Positions 39,663 through 53,692 of a stretch of 64,000 bases of DNA are shown piece after piece. Below the pieces are notes generated by a model. The model worked only from the letters and a program-made list of their open reading frames with translations, was not told the DNA's origin and searched no databases. The stretch spans positions 18,476,001 through 18,540,000 of the forward strand of contig CM120645.1 of the NCBI GenBank assembly GCA_051362555.1, written 5' to 3'. The DNA is from Lingula anatina. Lineage: Eukaryota; Animalia; Brachiopoda. Position 1 is the stretch's first letter, and each line of letters begins with the position of its first letter. Position numbers and translations under genes: made by a program.

Positions 39663-42258
39663 ATGATGGGAACAAAAAATGCAGACAAGTCGGCAGAGAA
39701 GGAAGGCGCTCCGATAAATGGTACGCAGACGCCGACGGCGGATGGAACGACTCCACACCACGAGCACCACGAGCATCACTTCATGGGGGACATCACAGTG
39801 GACGACGACGTGCCCTCCCGCGGGAACTGGACGGGAAAACTGGACTTTATAATATCATGTGTTGGGTACGCCATTGGTCTGGGGAATGTATGGAGGTTTC
39901 CTTACCTGTGCTACAAAAATGGTGGGGGTGAGTGTCCTGTGCCAGAGCCATGTGTGTCCCTTAGCTTTGTCTCAGTTGTCTATGTATACCTGTTGTGATA
40001 CATTTATATGCTCGAGCTGTTCATGAAACTGATACATTTTTGCAGCCAACGTATGTTCTTCCCAGCTGTGCTTTATGAAAGCAAATGTTGTAGAAACTAC
40101 CTGGTGTACAAGTTACACTGCGCACACAAAACCGCTAAATATTGCTTGTTTCTAAATTGTTTCTTCATTGACCCTCATAAAAAACACAGTTTATTACAAT
40201 TTTGAATCGTGTGAAGTAAAGCTACGACGTTACGCTGAAACTAATTACGCAACAGAAAGCATTGTAAGTATGGAGCCTTATTTCCCCCATTCTCTGTCTA
40301 TAGACCGTTTGTCATGTAAAAGTGTGTGCCTCGCATTCTGTATGTTACGCGTCCATTCAGGTGAAATATTGGGCATATTAGGTACCGTATCACTTATTTT
40401 CTGAGTCATCTATCAGCATGACTAGCAAAGATAATGACTGAAGGCAGTAATTCGCACTTCGTGTACTGCTTTTTCTTTTATAGGAACACTGCGAATTATC
40501 ATTTTCCCATTTTCAAAACACACCTCCATCCCCTACAGCTGTGAGAGCGGTTCGTGTGTGCTGCGGGTTACTGCCTGAGTGCTCGGCCGTGATTTACACA
40601 CTTCCTTGGTGAAGTGGTTGGTATGAAAAGGGCTTCGACATGCCATTTCTTCACCTACACCTGAAGCACCAGAAGCCGAATTACAGATCGCAATATATCA
40701 CACAACTGGAATAGGGTAGCCTGATGTGTTTAAAATATCTTATGTATTTGTACGTTGGGCATGTGTGTACAGGCGTGCTTATATGCCTTGTAAGACCGAG
40801 TATAAATAGAGCACTGAATATAACTTTTAAAAAATACAAGTACTCCAGTCAGGGTTCACACTCCGGGAGATCATAATTGTATATAGACGGTTTCACTGCG
40901 CAACTCTCAATTAAACTTTTTCTTTCTTTTAAAGCTAATTTTGAGGACAAATTATTTAAGGAAGTCAAAAGTCAGAAGCATTAATAACAAAAGTAGACTG
41001 TAGCAGCAGGTAGAAAGGTGACATTTTGTTCATTGCAGGTATTTTCGTCATGTAAAATATTTACGGCGTCTTCAGATTTACCATGCCCCAAAGACAAATA
41101 CTAAGTCGCCGAAGATGATTCAGCTTAGTCTCAATACAATAATTGTTTCGTATCAATCGGATTGATTCAACGTCGTCATTTTAGACAGCTACGGGGATTA
41201 TAGTGACAAATTTCGCTGCAATTTGCGCTTATAGCGCCTTAGTGATTTAGTTCAATGGTGATTTGGCGGCCACCCGTCGAGAGTCTGCGTGGCTTGTGAA
41301 GAAAACAGTCAATATTTTCTACAACTGAGTGTTAGGACATTGAATTGACATAACGCGGAGCTATGCAATGTTACTGAAGATATCGAGGACCCTCTCGCTA
41401 GTATAAGCTGCAACTTTAGAACTAAAGTGTGTTCATACCGACAATAAAAGAATGGGCTCTGAAACGTTCTATTTGACATCTCCAGGCGGCTGTAGTTATG
41501 AAATAGTCACCAGTGGCGAGCCACCGCATGTTGTACTCTACTTAACAAGGTACTTCGCTGCCGTGTTAGGGAACCTCCATAATCACAATAATCAATCCCT
41601 GCCCTCAAATAGAAATCTTGTGAACCTGTTTTGTTTTCTGTTGATGTTGACTTACATTTCACGTATACGGCATTGCTTTTCCCTGGTATCTTATTAACTC
41701 GGAGCTGGAAAGAAAAGCACGCTTGATTTGATTCAATTTCATTTGTGTTGTAAATAAACAAATATCGCTTTACATAATAATTGTCCAGCAACTGTTCAAA
41801 AGGGCTGTCACAGTTTGATAAACAACTGGACTGTTTAAATCCTAAATCGGGTTTCTGTCGAAGCTGGGTAAGATGAAGTTTCTATTAAGTCCTCGTGTCC
41901 TTTTGTAAGCTCCCTCCAAATTCGGCAGCATTCTATACAGACAGGTATAAGTAAGCTCAATATCCAAATGCTCATTCATTTTGCACGTTCTTGTATGAAA
42001 CATAGAAATGGCTATTCATCACAAGAAGTCATACTCGTACCCAATATGAAAAAAAAAGAAGACATACACTCCAAGTCAAAAATACTTTCAGCAATCGTTT
42101 TCTTGAGAATACTTTAACAATGCTTTTTTTATTTTTACTTGTAAAATTTCCTTTGATGGTATGCGGTATTTGCATCTTAAACAACAAGTTTGTCAATGTC
42201 CTTTTCATAAATATATTCTGCCAAACATTATTCTTGAAAACGAATATGATATTGCACA

Positions 42259-42302
<44 letters not shown>

Positions 42303-43516
42303 TCGCAGTATTGAGAGAGAGAGAGAGAGAGAGAGATTGTGCATGAATATGAAACGATATATTGAATAAATTTTCTAAACAACCTCCTACAGTTGTTGCT
42401 GTTGGAAGTTTCCGTCTTTAAATCTCGACAAGAGGCAGGAATGTGATAGATTTTACTTTCTCATTTCAGGCGCATTTCTGGTTCCGTATTTCCTAACGCT
42501 GTTCTTTGCTGGAATTCCTATGTTCCTCCTAGAGTCTTCAGTAGGGCAGTACCTGAGTATTGGGGGACTGGGCGTGTGGAAACTATGTCCTATATTCAAG
42601 GGTAAGAAAAAAAGAATGTTAAGATAATTAGTTGGATAGCTGCCGTAGACTTACTCGCTCTCTCCTTCCCCTTTTCTCCTCGAGTGCAAAAATAAAAGGG
42701 ATGTGCGATAAAAAACTTCCCCTCAGACATTTTTATCAGATAGTTGTTTAAACTCACGTGCCTGATGTATCTTCATATAATAACGTTTAGAATATGAGAA
42801 GAAGCGTTAAGGTGGTACTGAACTAAAGCTGAATTTGCCGGCTAAAATAGCCAAACATAACGAGCTAAATACCTCTACGCTTTGATGAGGTAAAGTGCGG
42901 AGGATGTTGTAAAGAGTAAAGAGATACATAAAGCATTGAGCAGATGGTGAAGGAAAAAAGAGAAGGATTTAGTTACATATCAACTTTAAGTTTGAAGGTA
43001 CTCATAGCTATGAAAACCGTGTAAAGACACAGTACGGTTGTCACACGGTGCCGTGCGCTCGTTGCTGATGGTTGATAATGAATTATTCAAGTTATATATA
43101 TATATGTTTCATACATTTCTAAGGTCCCCAAAAACCTTTATGTACCTATTTACACGAATCTACATTAACAGAAGGAAAATGCGCCCTTGCTGAATCATTC
43201 AGATCATTACAAGCGAGGCACTTGTGACCATGCCGAGAAGGTTTACTTCCACTAAGTTAAGTTATCGTTACTAGAAAGGCGAACAAACTTTGTTGAACTA
43301 TTACTAGCAAATGCCACCCGAGCACCCCACTTTTTTATGGGACTTGCAGCCGATGAAGGTCACTGGTTGACTGAAAAGCGGTTCCTGCACCCTTTCCACC
43401 CCACTTTCTCTACTGCCAGGGTTTCTTTTAGCCCACGACCGGAGACGAGATCGCGCAACCGAATTAATCAAATATGCAATACAGGAAAATAACTTAAGTT
43501 TTGTTTCAGATCGCTT

Positions 43517-43552
<36 letters not shown>

Positions 43553-46500
43553 GTCCAGCTTAATTCAACATTTATTATTTTAGTAGAGTTTAGATTATGT
43601 ATAAAAAGGTTATCAACAGGCCTGAGTTGCTTGGGTTGCGTGGTCATCAGGCGTAGTTCTCGGAAGCCACTTCAGTCATGGACTGGATTCTCATGCCTAG
43701 ATCGATCCATTTGGATCGATCTAACTCCCTAGGGAGTCTCACTAAATTGCTATCAACTAACCGGCTGATAGTAAGCTGATGAAGAAAACTGTACACAGAA
43801 ATATATGTTATTTGAAGTCTTTTGATTCATTATTTTTTCCGAGTGTTATATTAAATGATTAAAAAAAATATCCAATGGCATAAACGCGAGCTTGAAAGAA
43901 TGAACAGCCGCTTTATGATGCTGACATCGTTTTATTTGGGATAACGGTTCAAATTCTCCTTGCTATTTTGCTTACCCCGTTTTGTGCGTATTGATTCCTA
44001 AATGAAATAAGACGTTGTCAAATTATTCCATTCACTATTAGTTCTATTTTAAAAATATCATCAGTTTGGTGACTGACAGTAGTAATGATATTCTTTTATC
44101 ACGAACTGCAAAAAAAAATTACTCATGAGATATTTCGATGGACCATCGGTTATCTTCATCAGTCGTTGGTGGCGTTGTGTCACAAAGTCGAGAGTAATTA
44201 GTACTTCCCTTTCCCCTAATGACGCGACTGCGACACTAAGAGAGAAAGTGCAAGCAAAAACCCTACAGAAAGAGAGTAACTGGAGAGTTAGGGGAATAAA
44301 AGAAGCCATCTGGAGCAGGAAAACACCAAGCAATATTAATAGATACCTCTACTATGTCCTCTTATCAGTATCACAACTGCGTCATCAGGAGAGGGGGGGG
44401 GGGGGGTAGCACCAAATACTTTGTGACAAAACGCCACCTGTGTCATTCAGCGACTGATGAAGACAGTTGATCTTCCATCGAAATATTTCAGGTAATTTAT
44501 TTGCAATTTGTGATAAAAGAGTATTATTACCACTGACAATTCCCTTTATGTGTGTTCATTTCTACATAGCAGTACGAAACTGCACTAAAATAAGAGAAAA
44601 CTGGCCAGTCATTTTAAATGCATCTATTTCTATATACCATTTTATATACATTTTAAGATTCGTACGTATGTGCTTTATTTTGCAGTTGTCAAATCACCCC
44701 TGTCTTGTAAATACTTAATTCCATCTCTATCAGATGTCAAGAAAGGAAATGCCAATTTCTGTCTTATAAATATGCCTCTTTAGGTTCCTAATGAACTTTA
44801 GAAATCCACCGATCGAAGATAATATATATGATCGTCCTTTCACGCCCAATATATATTATATCGACACTCAGTACTCTCAATGAAATATAAGTGAAATATT
44901 TTTTTTCACTGACAGGTGTTGGATACGCAGCGGCCGTGGTGGCTTTCTGGCTAAATATTTACTACATCGTGATCCTGGCCTGGGCACTGTACTACCTCGT
45001 GAGTTCCTTCCAGGCCGTACTACCCTGGGCGTCCTGCGACAACTGGTGGAACACGGAATGGTGTCGTTCAGACTACGTCGCCCCAAACTGCACAACTGCG
45101 TTTCAAAACCAGCTGAATGAGACCCTAGTGACGATCAACGCGTCCTTGATCAGCAGTCTCGGGGGCACCGATGACGTAACAGTTTACACGTCACAGAACT
45201 CCAGTTATATAAATGCCACTACCACTGCTTTGTGCCAGACCAATTTTACGTCTCCAGTCAGAGAGTTTTGGGAGTAAGAGCAATTTTATGTATGCAGCAG
45301 GCTCTATTTTAGGCGAAAAAGAATGAACTAATCCCAGGAGGAGTTTTTTAATTTTTTGCGTGTTTGTGATATTGCCCTGAAGATCAAATTTAGTGGTTAT
45401 CCAGTGTTTAACCATAAATCAGTTTTATACACGAATGAACTTATTTCGATATATTAATTATTCAGTTTTCGTCTTTTTAAGGTACACATTGAAATATTTC
45501 AGGCGTAATGCTCTACGTATCACGAATGGTATAGACGAACCAGGCAATATCAGATGGCAGCTGTCGCTGACGTTATTATTTGCCTGGGCGCTGTGTTACT
45601 TCTGTATCTGGAAGGGCGTAAAGTGGACGGGGAAGGTAACCCAATCGACTACCTCGATACTACACTTACAATGTGATTTTTTGATACAAAACTTCGTTTA
45701 TTTGTGTATTTGTTACTTTATAATTATTCCTTTATCTATATATTTATTTGTCCACATTTTTTTTATCTCTTAATTTGTTAAAAAAATTTTTTTGAAAAAT
45801 GAAACACAGTAAACTTAGGTCCACGACACTCGAAAAAGTCTTTTTGACCTTTAACAAGCGAACCAGGTATTTACAAATGCTGCGAAAAACTGGTTTAAGG
45901 TTATTTAAAGGTCACTTAATATGACCCTTATCTTGCGACCGTTCTTTTTGTTACATGTGCTTGTAGATGGTATTGTTTTTGTTTCAGTTTCTTAATTCAA
46001 TCTCGAGTTTTCAAGATACTTTCAATCTCTTTTAGGTTGTGTACTTCACGGCCTTGTTCCCCTATGTACTTCTGTTGGTTCTGCTTATACGTGGCGTGAC
46101 CCTGCCTGGAGCCTCCCAGGGCATATGGTTCTATATTTACCCGAAGATGGAAAAACTTGGAGACTCTCAGGTAAGGTGCCTATAATGTGGTAAGTTAATG
46201 CCAATAGAATTAATATATCTGCGAATGATTGATTCACGTGTGTAAATATGTAAACTGAAGCTATTAGTCAATCTTTTCAGGCGGTGTTATTAAAATCTTT
46301 CAGTGATGATGGTTATATATTCAATAAAGTGGTGGCTAAGCTCGTTATCAAAATTAGTGTACACACACCGTGACACAAAATAAATGCAAATACCTTTGTT
46401 TCATCATTTTAAGGATGTTGTTTTCTTTTATATATAAAAAATATATATATAAGGTATGGATTGACGCTGCCACACAGATCTTCTTCTCGTACGGTTTGGG

Positions 46501-49500
46501 TCTCGGTGCTGTCATTGCGCTGGGAAGCTACAATCGCTACCATAATAACGTCTACAAGTAAGTCATAAGAATTTTGCATGGTTGCTAGATAAAACTTGGT
46601 GTATGTGTAAGCTATGCCTGGAGCAACGGTCTATGTATAAAAAACATGTCTACGACCAGCTGTGTTCGGCGTTTGGCGTGACTAGACCGTCTCGCCAGAC
46701 TGTCGTACTCACACTGTTCTCTCAGTCTTAGGCCACATTCAGAACAGTGGAGTAACTAGTCCGAGGGTCAAATATTGAATACTTCCCAACCGGATGTTTA
46801 TTCAGCGTCTATTAGCGGATTAGACGGCAAGCTTTTTAGTGGGTCGCCATATTTGTCCCCTGTTTATCTATTGTAATTGTAAAAAAGCTGGAAGCATGAT
46901 GAAGAAGTATGATTTTAGCGAAGAAAAACGAATGAAACGGATGCGATCAAGACATGACAATGCAAATGTCAAATTTGTTGTACTGTATATCCACTAATAT
47001 TTATTGTTCGTTTTCTTTGTTTCAAATTGGCTAAGCAACATCATATAATACTACTAATATTTAAAATTTTGATACATATAACAGACCATGTGATGACACG
47101 TTAACCTGCGGACCCGGATATCAATATTAAATTGATTTTGTGGATGATGGATGATATGTGATAATTTTCTCTTTTTTTTTTTCAGAGATGCATTAATAGT
47201 TTGCACAGTTAACTCGTGTACAAGTATGTTTGCAGGGTTTGTCATATTTTCGGTAGTAGGTTTTATGGCGGAGCAACAACAAAAGCCTGTGAGTGAAGTG
47301 GCAGCGTCTGGTGAGTTCCATGCGGTGTATTTAGTAAAAAAATCATGTCGTTAATTTGCCTTGTTGTATTCAAGGTTTTGAAGCGCTGACGCCGTTTTGA
47401 AATAAAAGAAAATGTTGAAAGCATACGGCAAATTTAAAATAGATTTTGAACTACAAAACATCCTCGAAGTTAAATGCAAACTGTTGTACAATATTATAAG
47501 GTATGCTTTAGTGCTCTATGCATGTTTAAGGTTTGCTTATAATCATTTCCAATTGTTATCAGCTTTGAAGTAAAGGTCATATAACATTCAGTTTGCTTTT
47601 CTGTGTTACTAAAAACTAGAGTAACTGCTAGAATTATGGACAAAAGTCTTATGCCAGCTTTTTGCCTGTTTGATCTTTACAGCTGTAAATTATTGTATTG
47701 TATCTGAATGCTTTAAAATATATCTTTTTTTTTCGTCTGTCTCTGTAGGAATGAAATGCTTTTGATTTTGTCAGTACAAAGCATCGCCTTTGAGGCCTGG
47801 TTCCAGCAGACCTGGGTCGACCTAACTAAGCACAGTCGATCTCCACATTTCGCCTCATTACGGTTGGTTCGCCGTGCTCATTGTCACTGGATACGAGGTC
47901 CAATGGCGAGCCATTCAAACGGCACATCAAAATGGTTCAAAATAAGCGAGATCCATCCAGCGTCCACTTGAAACATGCCTCTAGACGAGTAGTTTGTATT
48001 CATGTTAGCATTTCAGACTGCTTAACGTGGCTAATAATAACGTTTAGTTTGTGGAAAATAGGGCTCAGTTAAATTTGATGCCATTATATTCCGCATGATT
48101 TTAGGTCCTGGGTTGGCTTTTCTTGCTTACCCTTCTGCTGTGGTTCAGCTGCCTATATCTCCGCTGTGGTCAGTACTTTTCTTCACGATGATTCTATTTC
48201 TTGGACTTGACAGTCAGGTAACGTAGCCCAAACAAACAAGATGCATGTTCTACGTCACGATACGGGGCAAACTCACCTAGATTACTCTTCCCGATGTGGT
48301 GTTCCTTTGTGTAACTAATGGCACCCTGTTCAGAAAACTAACTGGCTTAGCACAAGATGATAACCGGGGAGCTTTACTGGTGCTGGAGACACCGGCCCAA
48401 ACCTCACAACTGCAGCTTCTGGCTTCTGTTCTAACCTGGTCATCTCCTGTCTTGTGACCTTCATACCCCGTAATGCTTGAACTGTTGATCTGGTTTGATT
48501 TCTGGAGAGTTAATGTTGCTTTAGCTTCTTTCAGTTTGTATTTTGTATTATTTAATAATCTCGACTTTAATTTTTTGTCGTATATGCCTTTTCGATAGAC
48601 ACTTATATCCTCTTTCTAGGCCCTGGTCTAGCATTTCTGGCCTATCCATCGGCCATAGTACAGCTCCCTCTCTCACCGCTTTGGGCAATCCTCTTCTTTC
48701 TTATGATTCTTTTCCTTGGCCTCGATAGTCAGGTAATCTTCACGGTTTCAGTGTCGGATGAATCAGATGAATGTCTCTTATCCTTTACGTGCAATTGAAT
48801 GTTGTGTTTTAACGATGATTTACATAATGTACCTTTTCAGCTGGTGATACGTACTAGAATAATATTACTGTCTATAAAAGCTGATGATATAAGCATGTTA
48901 TTACTTGCGAAAAAATATTTTTGCAATTAATTCTATTGCTCTGATCGTTTGTGAATTTGTTTGCGCGTTTGTGAGTTTGTGGTAAAATTTCTGTCCGGCA
49001 GTAGAGGCCATAATTTTAGAGATTTTCGTTTTAAATATTTTTGTTGATAGATGATAGACCCAGAATGAACTATTTTTTTCATAAGAATTGTGTTTTATGA
49101 CAGCTATGGATAGGCAAAATCGTGCATGATAGATACAAGTAACTCCCATGGGAGTATATCATACATGTAAAGTATGTATACCAATAGAATGAGGGTATTG
49201 GGGATTCTCCATCCACGCACCCCCGTATACATGTAACTGTCTCCCTTATTTCATGGTTCTATTATTGCATTATATATTTTGCAAGTCTGCTCTATTGAGC
49301 AGTTTTATTTATATATAACAATTACAATGAAACCAAAAATATGAAGACTGATATTGTTGTGTAGTAGCATCATGTTCAGCTTTGAATTAGTTATTCATGT
49401 TACATTGTTGAAATGTTAAAACCAACTATAAAAAACAAAAACGAATAGGCTTAAGCATAATATGCAGAACTCGCAGAAACGATATTCAGTTTATCTATAT

Positions 49501-52500
49501 GCATTTAACTGTATATATCTTCCTGTTTCAGTTTTGCACAATGGAAGGTTTTATCACGGCATGTGTGGATGAATGGCCACGTGTACTACGGAAGAGAAAA
49601 GAGATTTTTATTGCAGTTGTCTGCCTAATATCATATTTAATTGGCTTAGCGTGTATAACTGAGGTACGGGATGGTCATTTTTAGCCTTTGTAGCCATTCA
49701 ATCGGTGTTTTTCTTTAAACAAAATCCCTTGTAGTGAAAAGCTAAACATCTGGAGTCAATTTTCAGCCGTATTACATGTATTTCAATAGTTTGACATGAT
49801 CATGCGTTTAACATTACAAAGTATGGCAGTGATTGTAAAAATGCTTTTCTGCACAGCATGTGGTGAAACGTTTACCAAAGTGAGGTTTTTTTCAGAATGA
49901 CACATGGAAAAGGGGGCTCTGATGTGGATACTGATTTCGATACCCACTTTCTTTTAAAACAAAAAAGTACTTTTCAAAGCATACCTTTAGCTTTAAGTGT
50001 TTTTACAAAGTTCCTTTAGTGAAACGCCGTTTCAACCATGGTTATTAAGGCGAGGATGACGCTAGATTTGAAATGTGCTTTGAAAATATTTTCGTTCTGA
50101 TCTACGAGTGATTAAAATAATCCTTTTCAATAACTTTCAAATTATTTTGGCAATTATTTGGCCAATCATGAATAATCATGTTTGCTACTAGAAGCAGAAA
50201 GCATGGCGTTTTGTTTGGTAGCTTGTTGGTTATTTTCAATGTTTTGTACATGGACTGTAAGACTTATTAAAATTAAGCAAGGTAAGGAGCATGGGCTACT
50301 ACAGCGTCTTTAAAAACGAACTTTTCAAAAATTAGTATTCACGACAATGTTGGGTCTATTTTCTTCCAGGGTGGAATGTACGTTTTTCAGCTGATGGACT
50401 ATTACTCTGCAAGCGGAATGTGCTTACTGTTCTTGATCTTTTGTGAATGCATCGCATTCTCTTGGGCTTACGGTAAGTAAAAATGCAATCATATGTACAT
50501 ACAGATTTCATTAAGTCCTAAAGGATGGATTTTTAGACAAACGCAGTTCAGCAAAGCTCTTCCGTAATATTCTTTTACGTTTACTGCGTACATATTCCAT
50601 GTGAGGTATTTATTCTATGGTGTGTTTAAATCTCTGACTTAAATAGTTGTATTGTAAATGAAGAAAAACGCCTTATATCTTAAACACCTCCTCTGAGTGT
50701 TAAGAGCTATCGACACTGAACAATTACAGTTTAAAAAAAAATCGCTTCTGTTATTATTTTTGAACCTTTCTGTTGATTGGATGGTATAAACTGACACAGC
50801 GATTGCACGTGAATTTTCTCTCTAATTCTAATCATATTAGCGCCACAGGGGTATCATTTTAACAAACGTACCAGAAACAGAGTTTGTTCCTAATCAGGGA
50901 TATTATTAAGACGGGCTCTCTGCCCCATGGTTGGAGTTTGAGCTGGAATGATATTGCTACAAAGCCTGCAGCTTGGCCTTAACGCAATTCTTTTGCCACT
51001 GATGCTGTATTCATTGCGCCAAATTATTTCAAGGTGCATTTGTTTCTTTGTAAACTGTTTGTGACTGTTTATGTTCAAATGTCGATAACCTACGAGTATG
51101 TAAAACCCTGTTCAAAGTATGCAGCTGAGTTGTAGAGCATACCCTGTATTTGTGCAGTAAAGGAAAATACTGCAAGTTTACTTTTAGTCAAAATATTACT
51201 TCAAAACATTTACAATTTGACAATTTTTCACTTTGGCTGTATTTTTGAGGCTTTAGTATAACGGTAGTTTAGTACCATTAGATGCTACAATAATTTATAA
51301 CTTCATCTGCGTACCATTTGTTTGATGCACATTTTAGAATACTGGTCCACAAAGGCATGAGACATTGTGCGCACACCTTTGTATAGTATTGGGGATTTTG
51401 TTCATGTATACTATCCATTGTTTATTAAGAAAGTTCATAGGGTTGGTTTAACGACGAAATCGTCTTTGGGCTGTGTTTGTAATGATTAAATATAACATAA
51501 GTGTTCCAACCTGAAACAACACAATCTGAATGTATCAAGTATTTAATACATGTCTCATATATTAGTACTTTTACACCGCCTCTTCGTCTTTCAGGCGTGA
51601 ATCGTTTCTACGATGACATCAACGATATGATAGGTTACTATCCTTGTCCGTTTTGGAAATACTGCTGGTTGATATTTACGCCTCTTATTTGTGGGGTAAG
51701 CTCACTCATACATAATGTCCATTTGACACTAACATCGTATCCCACAATACCTGAATCAATAAGAATTACATCTCTCAATAACATGCGTGAGTAACGACAA
51801 AATGCTAGTGACATGCCCCCTTTAGCTGAAAGGGTGCATATTTATGTCTGTGGTTCGTTGAATGCAGGGTAATTCTTTAAAAATCATTCTTAAACGTTTG
51901 CTGTGATGCATGGCTCTAAATAAAGACAGACCACTGTTGCCTTATTGCGACGGATCAATTTAACGCAGATCATAAGTTTGTCACACCTAACGCAATTGTA
52001 TATAATTCCTGATACATGCACCATTATTTTTCTATTTTAACTCAAATAAACGAAGAATGTGCAAACTGAATTGAAAATGCACTTATTAGTTGTATTTCAC
52101 ATCTAATCAAGCGGTGACTTTTTTCTAACCAACTGAGGTACGTTTAAAGTTGTGATTCTAATAAGTTAAGATAACACACATATTTTCATTATTTTACATG
52201 TATCCCGGTAGTAATATCTTTGTCTTTTCTCTTCTTAGGGTGTCCTGATATTCAGTATAGTACAATATAAAAGCCCCAAATACTTGGACTATGAATACCC
52301 CTGGTGGGCTGATATGATTGGCTGGTTTATGGCACTCTCGTCAATTCTTGTCGTGCCTTCGTACATGATTTATAGGCTAGCCTCAACTCCGGGAGATTTT
52401 AGATCCGTAAGTTAACTTGACATTAAATGCCAACTTGACGAAATTCTACTTTCTTTAAATTTTGCAGTATGTTATGCTAATGGAATGTGTTTAAAAAAGC

Positions 52501-52772
52501 ATTCAGTAGATTTAAATATTTCAGATATGACCTTCAGGGTGATATCTATATTGTTGTTGTTCGTCTTTGATTAAAAATACATGCTACCTGGGTCAGGCAT
52601 TAATGAAGCAAATGTGCACTTCGGTAAATGTTGACTGAAATATTTTTGTTTCTATTTATTAAAGAGATGCAAGGTGTTGTTTCGCCCAGACATCGACAGC
52701 ATCAGGCCAGACAAAGGAGAACCGCTGTCATATACACCCATGGCGCCTAAAAAGTGTGACACACAAATTTAA
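39663..52772 (+). CDS. SLC6A1: Sodium- and chloride-dependent GABA transporter (GAT-1-like, SLC6): join(39663..39927,42470..42601,44916..45273,45503..45635,46036..46170,46454..46557,47186..47310,[48105..48217 OR 48620..48732],49532..49663,50370..50472,51595..51695,52239..52406,52665..52772)
   Basis: All junctions GT-AG and phase-consistent. SLC6 signature [24 protein letters not shown]; GAT-1-type blocks [62 protein letters not shown] and YGVNRFYD. Orthology call is from motif recall, not phylogeny. Confidence 0.93.
42255..42336. repeat. (CA)n and (GA)n microsatellites
   Basis: Visible runs in transporter intron 1. Confidence 0.95.
48105..48217 (+). CDS. SLC6A1: GABA transporter alternative exon 8a (EL4 + TM8)
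   Basis: gattttAG|...|GTAACG, 113 nt, phase 1 to 0, [38 protein letters not shown]. Confidence 0.92.
48620..48732 (+). CDS. SLC6A1: GABA transporter alternative exon 8b (EL4 + TM8)
   Basis: tctttctAG|...|GTAATC, 113 nt, phase 1 to 0, [38 protein letters not shown]. Confidence 0.92.
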
Positions 52773-53692
52773 ATGTATGTCCATCTCTGTAAGTTTAAAA
52801 ATATTCATACCAGTAGAGTAAATTTACAGCCAAGCTCACAGCAAATGAAACAGCATTAATATCACCAGAATCTCGGATATCGTGTTGGGACGACAAATAG
52901 CGCAACCATCGCAATTTGACGGAAATCATTAAAACTTGACGTTTTCTCTCGGGGAGCTCTAGGAGATGCTGCACTGTCTGCTGGCATATGACCCTTGACG
53001 CAATGACCTTGACCTGAAAACAGAACTAAGTAACGATCCCACTATGAAAATGTATCACCTGGATTCCGCAGGTGGAAAAGGAATGCAGAAAATATCACGA
53101 CTTTTGTAGGACGTTGGTGGAATATTGTTCTTGCACGGAATCTTCAAAGGACGTTGAAAGAATGGGTTTTTAGATTCATATGTAGATCAATCTCGATCCT
53201 GTATGTTTTGATGATAATCTTCGGTCATCAGATAAATAAGTATGACCATTGGTTGTGAGCACTAGTTGTACACTGCAGGCGAGGAAGTCATTGCTAAAAT
53301 TACTTTATGTTGTCTTGTACCATGGAGATGTATGTATTAGAAAGATCAAGCAATTAACGTATCACTTAGGCTACTATACATAGTATCGTTCACTCCTTTC
53401 TGGATATCAAACAGGATCCGAGTACAAATCTGAATATTGAATTTCTTTGTTGTTTATACTCTTACATGTAACATTTCCATTTAAATGACGATCCTAACGG
53501 GTTTTTCTAGTTGTTTTCTCTCACAAACACACAAACACTCACTCAAACGCGCAAACCAAATACTGTATTTGACGTACATGTATGAAAATAACTACACAAA
53601 TGGCTGCGTATCATGCATATTGTAAATACATTTACACGTTATATATAGCAGTTTATATACATATTGTATATTAAGTCTTATATGTATAGTGT

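Noticed and set aside
39414-39931. Alternative-frame and antisense ORFs over transporter exon 1
   Set aside because: Shadows of the GC-rich coding exon.
47780-47960. Possible third, decayed copy of exon 8 (GGCCTGGT motif upstream of 8a)
   Set aside because: No frame gives a GPGLAF or LDSQ-like peptide and the splice sites are missing.
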